Shown here piece after piece: positions 8,877-19,639 of a DNA stretch of 64,000 nucleotides. The stretch spans positions 1,536,001 to 1,600,000 of the forward strand of contig CAXXJJ010000001.1 of assembly GCA_963667015.2 (NCBI GenBank), written 5' to 3'. The position numbers were made by a program, and so were the translations under genes. Under the pieces are notes generated by a model, which was not told the DNA's origin, did not search any database, and saw only the letters and a list, made by a program, of their open reading frames with translations. This DNA is from Desulfatiglandales bacterium (GTDB lineage Bacteria; Desulfobacterota; DSM-4660; Desulfatiglandales; HGW-15). Position 1 is the first letter of the stretch, and each line of letters begins with the position of its first letter.

Positions 8877-10355
8877 ATGAAAACATTACTTATTTATCCG
8901 AAATTCCCGGACACATTCTGGTCTTTCAAATATGCCCTGAGCTTTATACATAAAAAGGCCGCCTTTCCACCGCTTGGGCTGCTGACAGTTGCGTCACTTC
9001 TGCCCGATGATTTTGAAAAGCGTCTTGTGGATACCAATGTAAACAGTCTCACGGATGATGATCTGTCCTGGGCGGAGCTGGTCTTCATCGGCGGAATGGC
9101 AGTCCAGAGGGAATCCGCAAAAAAGATAATAGCCCGATGCAAATCAATGGATTTAAAGGTTATTGCTGGCGGACCTCTTTTCACTGCCGAACCCGAGGCG
9201 TTCAGTGATGTTGATCATCTTGTTCTTGACGAGGCGGAAGTTACACTGCCGCTTTTTCTTGAAGATTTAAAAACCGGGAATCTAAAAAAGATCTACAGGA
9301 CTTCGGGGTATTGTGATCTTCATCATACACCAATCCCTTCATGGGATCTGATAGATATTAAAAAATACGCTTCCATGAGCGTTCAGTTTTCCCGAGGGTG
9401 CCCCTTTAACTGTGAGTTCTGCAATGTAACAGTACTGTTTGGTCACAGGTCACGAATAAAAACACCGGAACAGATAATCGAAGAACTGGATAACATATAT
9501 GACGCAGGCTGGCGCGGACCAATATTCTTTGTTGATGACAATTTTATTGGCAATAAAAAATTTCTAAAAGCAAAATTGCTGCCGGCCCTGATTGATTGGC
9601 GAAAAGGAAAAAAGGGGTGCGCCTTTTTTACCGAGGCATCCATCGATCTGGCCGATGACCCTGAGCTTCTGGATATGATTGCCAGAGCAGGATTTGATTC
9701 GGTCTTTATTGGCATAGAGTCCCCTGATGATGCATGTCTTACTGAATGCCATAAAAACCAGAACCGAAACAGAGACCTTCTTCAAAGCGTTAAAACAATT
9801 CAACGCGCAGGGCTTCAGGTTATGGGCGGCTTTATTGTAGGCTTTGACAGTGATACACCTTCTATCTTTCAGCGGCAGATAGATTTTATTCAGAAAAGCG
9901 GAATTGTGGCGGCAATGGTCGGCCTGCTCCAGGCCCCTCCCGGCACAAAGCTGTTTGAGCGCCTGAAGAAAGAAAAACGTGTAGCAAGGGAGTTTTCAGG
10001 CGACAATGTAGATGGAACCACCAATATACTGCCCCGGATGGGTTATAAAAGTTTACTGGAGGGGTATCGCCTGATTATGAAACAGATATATTCCCCCAAT
10101 AATTTCTACAAACGGGTCAGAAATTTTCTGAATGAAGTCAAACCGGGTAATTTTTCATTGTCCATAGACAGACAGAAAGTACTTGCACTGTTCCATTCCA
10201 GCCTTCGCCTCGGCATCCTTGGAAAAGAGCGTTTCCAGTACTGGCGTCTTTTTTTCTGGACACTGCTTCGCAGACCAAGACTCTTATCTCTTGCAGTAAC
10301 CCTTGCGATATACGGTCATCATTACCGGAAGATTTGCGAGATGTATATTATTTAA
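8877..10355 (+). CDS. B12-binding radical SAM protein (DUF4070, HpnP-like family)
   Basis: PPLGLLTVA B12-binding domain, RGCPFNCEFC, FFVDDNFIGN, GGFIVGFDSD. Confidence 0.9.
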   Translation: MKTLLIYPKFPDTFWSFKYALSFIHKKAAFPPLGLLTVASLLPDDFEKRLVDTNVNSLTDDDLSWAELVFIGGMAVQRESAKKIIARCKSMDLKVIAGGPLFTAEPEAFSDVDHLVLDEAEVTLPLFLEDLKTGNLKKIYRTSGYCDLHHTPIPSWDLIDIKKYASMSVQFSRGCPFNCEFCNVTVLFGHRSRIKTPEQIIEELDNIYDAGWRGPIFFVDDNFIGNKKFLKAKLLPALIDWRKGKKGCAFFTEASIDLADDPELLDMIARAGFDSVFIGIESPDDACLTECHKNQNRNRDLLQSVKTIQRAGLQVMGGFIVGFDSDTPSIFQRQIDFIQKSGIVAAMVGLLQAPPGTKLFERLKKEKRVAREFSGDNVDGTTNILPRMGYKSLLEGYRLIMKQIYSPNNFYKRVRNFLNEVKPGNFSLSIDRQKVLALFHSSLRLGILGKERFQYWRLFFWTLLRRPRLLSLAVTLAIYGHHYRKICEMYII

Positions 10356-10410
10356 AGCCGGAAAAGAACTTTAAATATCGGCCAAAGCCAGAATCTGAGG
10401 AGGGCGAATT

Positions 10411-10692
10411 ATGTATTTTTCATTAATCATTACATTTTTACTCTTCCTGGTAATTATCATTGCCGGGATACAGAACAGCATGCCTCTGGATCTGAAGTTT
10501 TTCATCTGGGATCTTAAGATGTCCATTACCGCATTGATCTTTTATTCCTCAGTGATTGGCTGTGCAATTATCGCGATTCTGACCCTGCCCAAACTGGTGA
10601 AAAAATCTCTTCATGTGAGAAGTTTGAACAGGGAGATCCATAAGCTGAAAGAGAGTAGGATAGATACAGAGATGGAGGAGGGGCAATCTTGA
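10411..10692 (+). CDS. LapA-family (DUF1049) membrane protein
   Basis: Two TM helices, QN...LKFFIW motif, coiled-coil tail. Confidence 0.75.
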   Translation: MYFSLIITFLLFLVIIIAGIQNSMPLDLKFFIWDLKMSITALIFYSSVIGCAIIAILTLPKLVKKSLHVRSLNREIHKLKESRIDTEMEEGQS

Positions 10693-10715
10693 AAAAACGT
10701 ATAAAGGAGAATAAT

Positions 10716-11081
10716 ATGAAATTATGGGACAGGATAAAAAGCGGAATGGATTCAGGTTTTGATGCCGCCTTGTCAGCGGTTCATTCGGTTACTGAAAAAG
10801 CAGGTGAAGGCATAGAGCTTACCCGGCTGAGAAGGGAAAAGGTAAGACTGGAAACAAGGGTTACCCGGCTCCTGGCGCAACTGGGAAATGATGTTTATGA
10901 AAAAATATCCGCACAGAGACTTGATGATATATCTGAAAAACTAAAGATAAAAGATATTTTGCTGGAAGTTGCGAGAGATGATGCACGAATGGCAGAGATT
11001 GATCGTCAGCTTGATATCGAGTTAGAAAACAAAGAAGAAATAGTTGTTAATAACGATAACATAGAGGAATCAAAGGCCTAG
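10716..11081 (+). CDS. hypothetical coiled-coil protein
   Basis: AAGGAG RBS; helical protein with L.LG..VYE motif. Confidence 0.7.
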   Translation: MKLWDRIKSGMDSGFDAALSAVHSVTEKAGEGIELTRLRREKVRLETRVTRLLAQLGNDVYEKISAQRLDDISEKLKIKDILLEVARDDARMAEIDRQLDIELENKEEIVVNNDNIEESKA

Positions 11082-11376
11082 ACCTATACAGCTTTCGATT
11101 GTGGAGGTCTGTAAATATTTTAGTCGGTGTGGTTGTGTCTGTCTCCTTACAGCATCATAAAAACCGCGCTGTTCGGTTATAAGGTTGACAGTTTTAAACC
11201 TAATAACCTACAGCGTTATACCCCCATTTATTCTGAAAAACATCTGTGTTATCTCCTGTGTGCTGGTACGAATATGTCCCATGTTAAGGGTAGACCCCGT
11301 TCCCTATAGCTTTTTAATTAAATGGACAAGAGTCAAAGGCAGATACCTTTTTGACCCCTTTCTGGCTATTAAGTGA

Positions 11377-11413
11377 AAAGCCGGAGTTTTAACAGGTAGT
11401 TTACTCCGGCTTT
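11377..11413. terminator. putative bidirectional terminator
   Basis: AAAGCCGGAGT (11377-11387) / ACTCCGGCTTT (11403-11413) between convergent genes. Confidence 0.6.
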
Positions 11414-11448
11414 CTGTGGTTGATAAAGCTGTAACCTGCTGTCAACTT

Positions 11449-14415
11449 TTAATTATCCAATTTATTCATCATATTCTTTAAACGCTTGTACTGATTATCT
11501 ACTTTTTTATCATCCTTTATTTTATCTCTGGCAATAGAAGAATATTCAAATGCTTTCTTTAATTCATCGACTTTCGTATTATTTTCCCGATAAAGCCCTT
11601 CATAACTCCTTGCCAGATTATAATAGATCATCGGATCTTCATCACTTATTGCCAGGGCTCTTTCAAAAGATTGTATTGAAAGTTCATATTTATTCATCTC
11701 TCCCAGCACCGAACCAAGAGATTTGTGCCCGAGATAATAGGAGATATCCATCTCAACAGCTTTCTGAAAACATTCTTCGGCATTTTTCCAGTCTTTTTGT
11801 CTGAAATAAGCTAATCCCATGTCATGCCAGTAACGTTTATCTTCATACAACTTTATTGCCTGTTTATATAGCGAGACACTTTCATCGTAATTACCCTGTT
11901 TAAGCTTCTCATAAGCCTGTTTTGCCAGATCAATGGATCGTGCCCTGCCGTCAGGATCCTGGACCGGTGCCTCAGCCTTATCTTCTGCATTATCCTCTTC
12001 ATCTGTCAGAGGCACTTCAGCCTCCGGATACTGATACGCAATAGACATGATCATCGGATCATCTGAATAATTATGAGTATGGTCATTATAGACATAAAGA
12101 TAAATGGGATCTTCACCATTTACCGGTATAGTACAGGTCTTGTCTCTTGGTTTACAATACTCTGCATCTTCAAGGCCTTCTCTGTTTTTCGACCAGTGTA
12201 CCCGTGGTCTGATCATATAATCATTATGCTCTATGTCTATTGTAAGGCTATTGGCACCTTTTTCCGGAAGAAGCTTGAAATAGTCATGCTCCGCCTTACC
12301 CATGATAAAAACATCTCCCATGAAGGAGCCTTCAATCACATAGGCATCGTCTATTGTATCATTGGGTTCGGTCTCGTCTTTTTCAGGGATAAGATTGAAG
12401 GTAACTGAAAAGGTTTCTGTTGAGCAATCAACACCAAGAACCGAGATTTTCACAAGATATTTTTTTCCGGCAAAGACTTTAACTGAAGTGGGTAAATATT
12501 CGCCGGCATGAAGATCTTTATCTGTCCCCTGTTCATAGACCCTGAACATAAAATTATGATCTATGGCATCCGGAACATTGTCCAGGACAATCCGTAAATA
12601 ACCATCCACCTCCGGCTCATACAAAAACCAGTCAGTGTCATTTTCCGGATATATGGCTATTTTTGCTGCCCGTCCTGTTTCGATCAGAGTAGCGGATTCT
12701 TTTTCGTCGTTAATTTCACCCGGATCCATCTCAGGTACAAACTCATAGGCAAATTCAACTACTGACTCCTCTTTTGATATACTGTACTTATTTGTTAAAC
12801 CAAATTTTATAAAGTATTCCTGCGGACTCACTCTAAAATTATAGGTATAATCCCAACATGAATAAGAAGCTATATCGCTTTCATCCAATGTAAACAGTTC
12901 ACCGCCTAATGGCAGGTTATCCGAGCCATCTGCAGGAATAAACCTCAAATACCCCTGTTCTTTGACATTTATCTTTAGAAAATATTCTTCATTTTTATTG
13001 AAATCGAGTTTTATATTTTGTCCCGGGGCTTTTTCTATGGGAAAAGCCATTGTCACACCAAGCTGATCCGGTGCCGCGATGACCAGACCTACCCTGGAGC
13101 CAGGCATCAATTGAGGCTGAGCCTCTCTATCCGGCATTGTCTCGATCACCGTACCCGCTTCTGCATCAAAGGGCTTCTGCCTTGCTCCGGCAGGAAACAG
13201 GCCTGCATCACGAAGCGCCCCAATGGCATCACGGTAATTCATCCCAATGATATCCGGGAAATCAACCGGATCAGGCTGTACATATTTTGCCAATTCCAGA
13301 TCGACTGTCGTCGGGACAATGACGGTTGTACCCGGTTTTATACTTTGTGCAACCACCTTACCATGTGAGCGGGGATTAGATGTTTCCTGTTCTTTTGTTT
13401 CCCCGATTTTAAGCCCAGCCCTTTTTAGAGAAAACACTGCAACGGGGATTCTCATATTTCGTACATCTGGTACAGCCGTCTTTTTTAATGTTCCCTTATA
13501 CAGAACAATATTACTTCCGTAAATGGTTTTGGTACCTGCCGATGGCTCTGTCGACAGGATTTTACCAGCTTTCTCAGGATTCATGGTTTCAGCAGTCTTT
13601 ATCGTATAATTAAAGGCTTTTGTCCTTTTGATATAATCAACTACGCCTTTCAAACCGTGTCCTGTAAAATCAGGTACTGTAATTTGCGGCAGATTTCTTT
13701 TTATGGAAATATATACTGCTCCCTGTATATCAAGGGAATGCATCTGACGAAAGTCGTCTTTAACGTTTACTATGTGCCTGTAGTTTCTTAAGGCTGAATA
13801 ATATAGAGGCACTCTCAGGGAGTCATTGTCAGCTGTATAACGGAATTCGGCATTCCCTATAGCTATATCTCTGGGCATCCTGGGATCTCTATCTATGACT
13901 TTTAGAAAGAACCTGTTTGTCATCTGATCAGGGTGTCTCGGCTCAAAGCTTACTTTATAATTCCATTTGGGGTAGGTAGTGTTTTCTATCTTTGGAGTCT
14001 GGCCGATCTTAAAAAGAGAATATTTCCCGTCAGGCATTTTTTGAAGACCATATAAGACAATATAGGGATCTGTTAAATCGACTCTTCCCGGATCAGTATC
14101 CCTTAATTTATCAGCTGATTTGATTATAATATCATAGGTAGCAAATTTGTCCTGCTGAAGATCAAAGTTTAGCGGATTTGTACCTGTTCCGCTAGATCCA
14201 GGCAGACAGTGACTGCAGGGATTATAACCCTGCTGTTTTGCTTCTTCCAGAGTTGAGAAGTAAACCTTTTGATCCTCGCCGGATGCCCTGTGCCAGGGAC
14301 ACTCGCGGGTATGTACCTCCCTGCTCTTTTTTACGCCTACAAAATTACCGTCAGCCCAGGCTGCAGTTAAACATAATAATGTACACAAAACGTAAGCTGT
14401 AAACTTTTTTTTCAT
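11449..14415 (-). CDS. secreted multidomain protein: Ada-like Zn domain, C2 domain, 3 PASTA domains, PPC-like beta repeats, TPR
   Basis: Signal peptide; H..C...GYNPCSHC; SADKLRDTD...DPY...T..I.NT..PKWN...VIDRD...D..IG; VPDFTG/VPDVRN/FPDIIG; EIND/EPND repeats; C-terminal TPRs. Confidence 0.85.
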   Translation of the reverse strand: MKKKFTAYVLCTLLCLTAAWADGNFVGVKKSREVHTRECPWHRASGEDQKVYFSTLEEAKQQGYNPCSHCLPGSSGTGTNPLNFDLQQDKFATYDIIIKSADKLRDTDPGRVDLTDPYIVLYGLQKMPDGKYSLFKIGQTPKIENTTYPKWNYKVSFEPRHPDQMTNRFFLKVIDRDPRMPRDIAIGNAEFRYTADNDSLRVPLYYSALRNYRHIVNVKDDFRQMHSLDIQGAVYISIKRNLPQITVPDFTGHGLKGVVDYIKRTKAFNYTIKTAETMNPEKAGKILSTEPSAGTKTIYGSNIVLYKGTLKKTAVPDVRNMRIPVAVFSLKRAGLKIGETKEQETSNPRSHGKVVAQSIKPGTTVIVPTTVDLELAKYVQPDPVDFPDIIGMNYRDAIGALRDAGLFPAGARQKPFDAEAGTVIETMPDREAQPQLMPGSRVGLVIAAPDQLGVTMAFPIEKAPGQNIKLDFNKNEEYFLKINVKEQGYLRFIPADGSDNLPLGGELFTLDESDIASYSCWDYTYNFRVSPQEYFIKFGLTNKYSISKEESVVEFAYEFVPEMDPGEINDEKESATLIETGRAAKIAIYPENDTDWFLYEPEVDGYLRIVLDNVPDAIDHNFMFRVYEQGTDKDLHAGEYLPTSVKVFAGKKYLVKISVLGVDCSTETFSVTFNLIPEKDETEPNDTIDDAYVIEGSFMGDVFIMGKAEHDYFKLLPEKGANSLTIDIEHNDYMIRPRVHWSKNREGLEDAEYCKPRDKTCTIPVNGEDPIYLYVYNDHTHNYSDDPMIMSIAYQYPEAEVPLTDEEDNAEDKAEAPVQDPDGRARSIDLAKQAYEKLKQGNYDESVSLYKQAIKLYEDKRYWHDMGLAYFRQKDWKNAEECFQKAVEMDISYYLGHKSLGSVLGEMNKYELSIQSFERALAISDEDPMIYYNLARSYEGLYRENNTKVDELKKAFEYSSIARDKIKDDKKVDNQYKRLKNMMNKLDN

Positions 14416-14484
14416 GACAACACCTTTTTAAAATAGGCAGAAAACTTTAAAATTATTATGGCAGAGATTCCTCTCTCTTTTTAA

Positions 14485-15022
14485 TTACCTGATCTCATAC
14501 TTCGGATGAATACTTATGGATGAACCTGCATCATTAAAAGTTATTCTCATGTCAAGCGTACAGTTTTCACTCTCTTTTACTAAAATGGATTGATCATAGG
14601 TGCCGCCACCCATTATTTCCTTATCTTTTTCATAACTCTTTTCAATCCAGCCATTATCCTTTAAAATCTGTCTCTGATCATTAAACCATTTTAACAGTTC
14701 ATCCTTTTTTTGACTGGTCCTGATATTTAACATCAAAATAAACAAGATATGTATCTTTCTCTTCAAAATTTTTATCCAGATATTTTTGTTTATCAACAGA
14801 TCTGAAAATCAAATCTTCCGGAACAGTAATTTTATACTCCCTAAGCTTTGCCATCATGGCATCTCTGTTATCAAGAACAGTTTTCTGAACTTTCGTGGTT
14901 TCAGCTGCTGTTTCAGATGTAGTTACTGTTTTTGATTCAGTTTTCTCACCGGAAGAATCATTGCTGCATCCCAGGGCAAAGAAAGTAAAGATAATTAATC
15001 CAGTTATAATCAGTTTACGCAT
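14485..15022 (-). pseudogene. lipoprotein split by a frameshift in an A7 run (real or assembly error)
   Basis: GGAGG RBS and lipobox FALGC. Removing one base of the run at 14705-14711 joins ...QDQSKK to DELLKWFND... of the downstream frame. Confidence 0.7.
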
Positions 15023-15235
15023 AATCAAACCTCCTTTAAATAGCTTAAGATAAAAAAAACGAAAATAACCCAATAAGTTGCTGCCAGGAAATTAAAGTTT
15101 TTGATATATACACCGATTAAAAACACATAATTTGAATATTAAAATAAAACATCGATCAATAAATTCTTTTAATTAATAATTTTTAAAAAAAATTCCGTGC
15201 GAATTAAAAAAAACTACAATTTTAAAGGAAAAAAC

Positions 15236-16486
15236 ATGCAGTTAAAAAATAAAAAAACTATGTGTCTGCTCATCCTTTTACTTACCTTATTTTCAGCATC
15301 ATGCTACTCAGATTATACCCACTTTAATTATGAGACCCATTATGGAGCAGTGCAGAGCACTCAAAACAGCAGGGAAATTGCATTTATTGCTTCCACTTCT
15401 GCTTATCGGCCGGCCACCGGCATCTCCCGTTTTCCTGACGGCGGCACACCAGAATATCTGTTTGAAAAAGTTTTTTTATATATTCTTAATGCTGAGAATC
15501 ATAAACTAACAAAAATATTGGACCTGAATGATCTTGCGGACTTGATAGGTACATCAGCAGGCAGCTGGAAGAGCAGATTAATTTATAAAGCTCCCTTTAT
15601 CTATTACCATATTTCACCTGTAACAGACTGGTCTCTATATAGAAAATGGAAGAAAAACTCTTTCTCACCGGAAAAACTCAAGGAAATACAAAACAAATAT
15701 GAGAAGTACTATAAAATAAATATCCGGACCCGGGAGATAACAGAAATTGATCCTTCAGCATTTCAAAAAATATTCGACAGCCTTTATAAAGAAACAAAGG
15801 TATCTCTGACAACACTTAATAAAGAACTTAAAAAGACCAGGCTTTCTGAATTTGGTCTCCTACTGAAAGATATCGATAAGAGAGATGATGACAGGTACAT
15901 AGAAGAAACCATGTACCTTAAAAATGATTCCAAAATAACCCGCAGGGCTGTGGTTGAACAGATCATTGCAAATAAAAGCAAAGATGAAATACTGGCCCTG
16001 CTGGATAAAATGGATCAATATAAAAACAGCCTCACTGGATCGAAAAAAACCGAATATGAGATTTTTTCGGAAGAAACATATTCTGCTATCCGTTCATTAA
16101 TAGAAGATAACTGCAAAACCATTGCTGAAAAAGCGTTTAAACTCTGGAAAGCCGAAAATTACATTGAATCCGATGAACTCTACAGGCAGGCAATCGATTG
16201 TGATCCGAAAGCCCCTCAGGTATGGAACGACTTCGGTGAAATGAGCTATGAAGCCGGTAGCATTGATGCCGCAGACAGTGCCTTTACTGAAGCCCTCAGG
16301 CTTGATCCCTCTTTTGCGCCTGCATGGAAAAATTTTGGAATTATGGCTATTGATAATGAGGATTTTACCCGTGCACTGGAATGCCTTGAAAAAGCACACA
16401 AACTCGATCCGGAAGATGCATCAGTCTCCACCCTGCTTGATAAATTAAAGAATGAGCTCGGGGTTGTCACAGAGCTGGACCCTTAA
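15236..16486 (+). CDS. putative lipoprotein with C-terminal TPR repeats
   Basis: Hydrophobic signal ending SASC; TPRs (AIDCDPKAPQVW, ALRLDPSFAPAW, AHKLDPED). Confidence 0.8.
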   Translation: MQLKNKKTMCLLILLLTLFSASCYSDYTHFNYETHYGAVQSTQNSREIAFIASTSAYRPATGISRFPDGGTPEYLFEKVFLYILNAENHKLTKILDLNDLADLIGTSAGSWKSRLIYKAPFIYYHISPVTDWSLYRKWKKNSFSPEKLKEIQNKYEKYYKINIRTREITEIDPSAFQKIFDSLYKETKVSLTTLNKELKKTRLSEFGLLLKDIDKRDDDRYIEETMYLKNDSKITRRAVVEQIIANKSKDEILALLDKMDQYKNSLTGSKKTEYEIFSEETYSAIRSLIEDNCKTIAEKAFKLWKAENYIESDELYRQAIDCDPKAPQVWNDFGEMSYEAGSIDAADSAFTEALRLDPSFAPAWKNFGIMAIDNEDFTRALECLEKAHKLDPEDASVSTLLDKLKNELGVVTELDP

Positions 16487-16668
16487 AAATGATTTTAAGT
16501 AAGGGAGTGAAATAATTGCAGTATCACACCCGGCTTCTCTTCAAAGATACGATCTTCTTTTCAGCAGCTATGGTTGCCGCTATCCCTCCGGCGCTGCCGG
16601 ACAGTTCAGGGATGCACCGGTGAAAAATGTAACCTGTAAAAATACCGGCAGATACGGAATCTATTTCA

Positions 16669-18408
16669 ATGGATGAAAAAGACTATAAGATAATACGGCA
16701 ATTGTTTGACGACTATGTGCGGATGTATTCATCACGCGATGACCAGCTAACCACCTGCTTCAGTGAGGATTTTTCAGGCTTTACCGGAGGAGGAGATTTT
16801 CTGGTTAAAGACAGACAAGAATGGATTGCGATTACCCGCCAGGACTTCTCCGAGATCAAAGATCCGCTTCGTATCGAGCTCAAAGATTTGGCCATACAGT
16901 CACTGAGCGATACTATCGCAGTTACGACCGGTTTCTTCATCATTCATCTGCCTTTCAAAGACCATGTCCTGTCACGGGAGACAGCCCGGCTGGTACTGAT
17001 ATTCCGAAGGGAATCCGAAGGCTGGAAAATATCCCACAGCAGTATTTCCATTCCCTATCACCTTGTTCAGGATGGTGAAGTCTATCCTTTGAAAGCCTTG
17101 ATGAGCCGTAATCAGGCCCTGGAACAGCTGGTCGCCGAACGGACGCTACAGGTTTCCGACGCAAATGCCCGGCTGCATAAGACAAATGAAGAACTGAAGC
17201 AGGAGATTGCCGAGCGCAAGCAGACCGGGGATGCCCTGCAGCAAAGTAATCAAAAAATTGAAGCGGTCACATCAATCCTGCCTGATGGAATAGGAATATT
17301 ATCTTTAGATGGAAAAATACAGCAGATATCCGATAAGCTGATAAAATTGCATGGTTATTCCACGGAAAAAAAAGATGAATATATTGGAAGATCGGTTTTT
17401 GATTTCCTTGATCCTTCAAGCCATAAAACACTGATTGAAAATATTCAAAAATTGCTGGCCGGTGAAGGAGGTCACAGGCTGACAGAATATCTGGCTGTTA
17501 AAAAAGATAACAGCACATTTTATATTGATGTGAACTCTACAGTTCTGGTTGATTCCAGCGGAAATCCTGAAAGCATCCTGTATGTCGAACGCGACATCTC
17601 GGAACGAAAGAAGGCGGAAGCGGATAAGGTAAAACTGGAATCTCAAAACAGACAACTTCAGAAGACTGAAAGCCTGGGTCGCATGGCCGGGGCAATCGCG
17701 CATAATTTCAACAATATACTGGGGGCGGTGATAGGGAATCTTGACCTGGCCGTGATGGAGATTTCCGAAGGGAAGAATCCTGAACCAAATATAGCCGAGG
17801 CTATGAAGGCATCCAGAAGGGCCGCGGAGATGAGCGGCCTGATGCTGACCTACCTGGGGCAAACATTTGAGAAGGATGAGCCCATGGATTTTTCAGGAGC
17901 CTGCAGTCAGGCTCTGCCCATGCTTCAAGAGATTCTCCCGGAAAAAGTGACACTGGAAACCGATCTGTCGGTTCCAGGACCGGTTATCATGGCAAATACG
18001 AACCAGATTTTTGAGGTCCTTACCAATCTGACCGCTAATGCCGGGGAGTCCATCGGTGGGAGAGAAGGCATTATCAGCCTGAACGTCAAAACTGTTTCAG
18101 CCGGGGATATCCCTACGGAACACCGTTTCCCTTCGGACTGGCACCCTCAGGACAATGCATATGCCTGCCTGAAAGTAACTGACACGGGTTGCGGGATTGA
18201 CGATAGTGATATGGAGAAGCTCTTCGATCCTTTTTTCTCAAGCAAGTTCACCGGACGTGGAATGGGCCTGGCAGTGGTACTGGGGATTGTGCGCGCCCGC
18301 GGCGGAGTCATCACAGTGGAAAGCGAACCTGGCCGGGGCAGCACCTTCCGGGTTTTATTACCTGTTCCAGGGAACCCTGTCAAAAAGGGCGGGGCCGGCC
18401 TGTCCTGA
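16669..18408 (+). CDS. SnoaL/NTF2-like + PAS sensor histidine kinase, no receiver domain
   Basis: N-terminal NTF2-like region ending WKISHSSIS; PAS ending RDISERK; H-box AHNFNNIL; DTGCGI, FDPFFSSK, GMGL. Confidence 0.9.
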   Translation: MDEKDYKIIRQLFDDYVRMYSSRDDQLTTCFSEDFSGFTGGGDFLVKDRQEWIAITRQDFSEIKDPLRIELKDLAIQSLSDTIAVTTGFFIIHLPFKDHVLSRETARLVLIFRRESEGWKISHSSISIPYHLVQDGEVYPLKALMSRNQALEQLVAERTLQVSDANARLHKTNEELKQEIAERKQTGDALQQSNQKIEAVTSILPDGIGILSLDGKIQQISDKLIKLHGYSTEKKDEYIGRSVFDFLDPSSHKTLIENIQKLLAGEGGHRLTEYLAVKKDNSTFYIDVNSTVLVDSSGNPESILYVERDISERKKAEADKVKLESQNRQLQKTESLGRMAGAIAHNFNNILGAVIGNLDLAVMEISEGKNPEPNIAEAMKASRRAAEMSGLMLTYLGQTFEKDEPMDFSGACSQALPMLQEILPEKVTLETDLSVPGPVIMANTNQIFEVLTNLTANAGESIGGREGIISLNVKTVSAGDIPTEHRFPSDWHPQDNAYACLKVTDTGCGIDDSDMEKLFDPFFSSKFTGRGMGLAVVLGIVRARGGVITVESEPGRGSTFRVLLPVPGNPVKKGGAGLS

Positions 18409-18582
18409 CGATGTCGATGAATTGCTGGAGGACCTTAACAGGACATACCATCCTATGCGTCAGAGCGCTATTGACGATTAATTGTTCGATGTGATCTCAG
18501 GCCTTGAGGCGTTAAAAACAAACAAACCTTTTATATTCATTCTTTTCTTATTTCTACTCTTACCTCCATAAGTTGTGAAAAT

Positions 18583-18727
18583 GATCATATATGGCCAATT
18601 ACGCAAATGTGACCTTTTTCAATTGAATTTTATTGTTTCAGCGAATGCTGTTTCAGCCGGATTATTCTTATAAATCAGAGTGATAGATATCTCAATCCAT
18701 ACCCGGAAGCATGGCATGAATATTGAG
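18583..18727 (+). promoter_or_regulatory. sigma54 promoter cassette P2
   Basis: GATCATATATGGCC (18583-18596) + ACGCAAATGTGACC (18601-18614); IHF-like AATCAGAGTGATA (18673-18685); TGGCAT-GAATA-TTGAG (18712-18727). Confidence 0.75.
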
Positions 18728-18820
18728 TATATTTAAGAGCAGGAAAAATTTTTAAGGTTACATTAAAACATTATTCTATAGAAGAATAAATTATGAAGGA
18801 GACGGCATCAAGCCGGAGGA

Positions 18821-19636
18821 ATGACGAATAGGGCTACAGATCTGGTTATGATGAGGGTGTTTACCCTTTTTGGCAGGAAAGCGATCGGCTGGGTCAACAA
18901 CATTGGTGCCTCGGGGATTTTTCTCCTGCTGGCATTCGTGCAGATCCTTCGGCCCAGGCAACTGCGCAAGGTCCTTCAGCAGGTTTATTACATCGGGGCA
19001 CAATCCACGATGATTATCCTGCTTGTCGGGTTGTTTACCGGTATGGTACTGGGGCTGCAATCCTATTATGCCCTGGTCAAGTTCGGTGCACAGGGGGCTC
19101 TCGGCACCCTGGTAGGCCTTTCACTGGTCAGGGAACTGGGTCCGGTTCTTACCGCTATCATGATTACTGCCAGGGCCGGCTCTGCCATTACCGCGGAGAT
19201 TGGCATCATGCGTATCTCCGAGCAGATTGATGCCCTCTACACAATGCGCATTGATCCGCTCAGGTATCTCATCATTCCCAGGATTATTGCTTCTATCATA
19301 AGCTTTCCCATACTCACGGTGCTGTTTGATCTAATCGGCATCCTTGGCGGCTACATCTCAGGTGTTCTGCTTCTGGGTGCCAATTCAGGAACCTATTTTT
19401 ATCGGGTCCAGGCTGATATGGAAATAACAGACATCACGGACGGTTTCATCAAGTCTGTTGTTTTTGCTGTAATCGTCTCCACTATCTGCTGTTACCAGGG
19501 GTATTTTGCACACATGCGTGAGGATGGTCATGGTGCCAAGTCCGTTGGACTCGCTACCACATCGGCTGTTGTGCTCTCCTGTGTTCTTATTCTGGTGTCC
19601 GACTATGTTGTGACATCACTGCTCAGTCAGGGATAA
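18821..19636 (+). CDS. mlaE: MlaE-family ABC permease
   Basis: RELGPVLTAIM, AEIGIMRISEQIDAL, VGLATTSAVV. Confidence 0.95.
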   Translation: MTNRATDLVMMRVFTLFGRKAIGWVNNIGASGIFLLLAFVQILRPRQLRKVLQQVYYIGAQSTMIILLVGLFTGMVLGLQSYYALVKFGAQGALGTLVGLSLVRELGPVLTAIMITARAGSAITAEIGIMRISEQIDALYTMRIDPLRYLIIPRIIASIISFPILTVLFDLIGILGGYISGVLLLGANSGTYFYRVQADMEITDITDGFIKSVVFAVIVSTICCYQGYFAHMREDGHGAKSVGLATTSAVVLSCVLILVSDYVVTSLLSQG

Positions 19637-19639
19637 TCC

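Noticed and set aside
8877..10355. Naming this gene hpnP (hopanoid C-2 methylase)
   Set aside because: Family-level similarity only; no hopanoid genes in the window, and phylogeny would be required.
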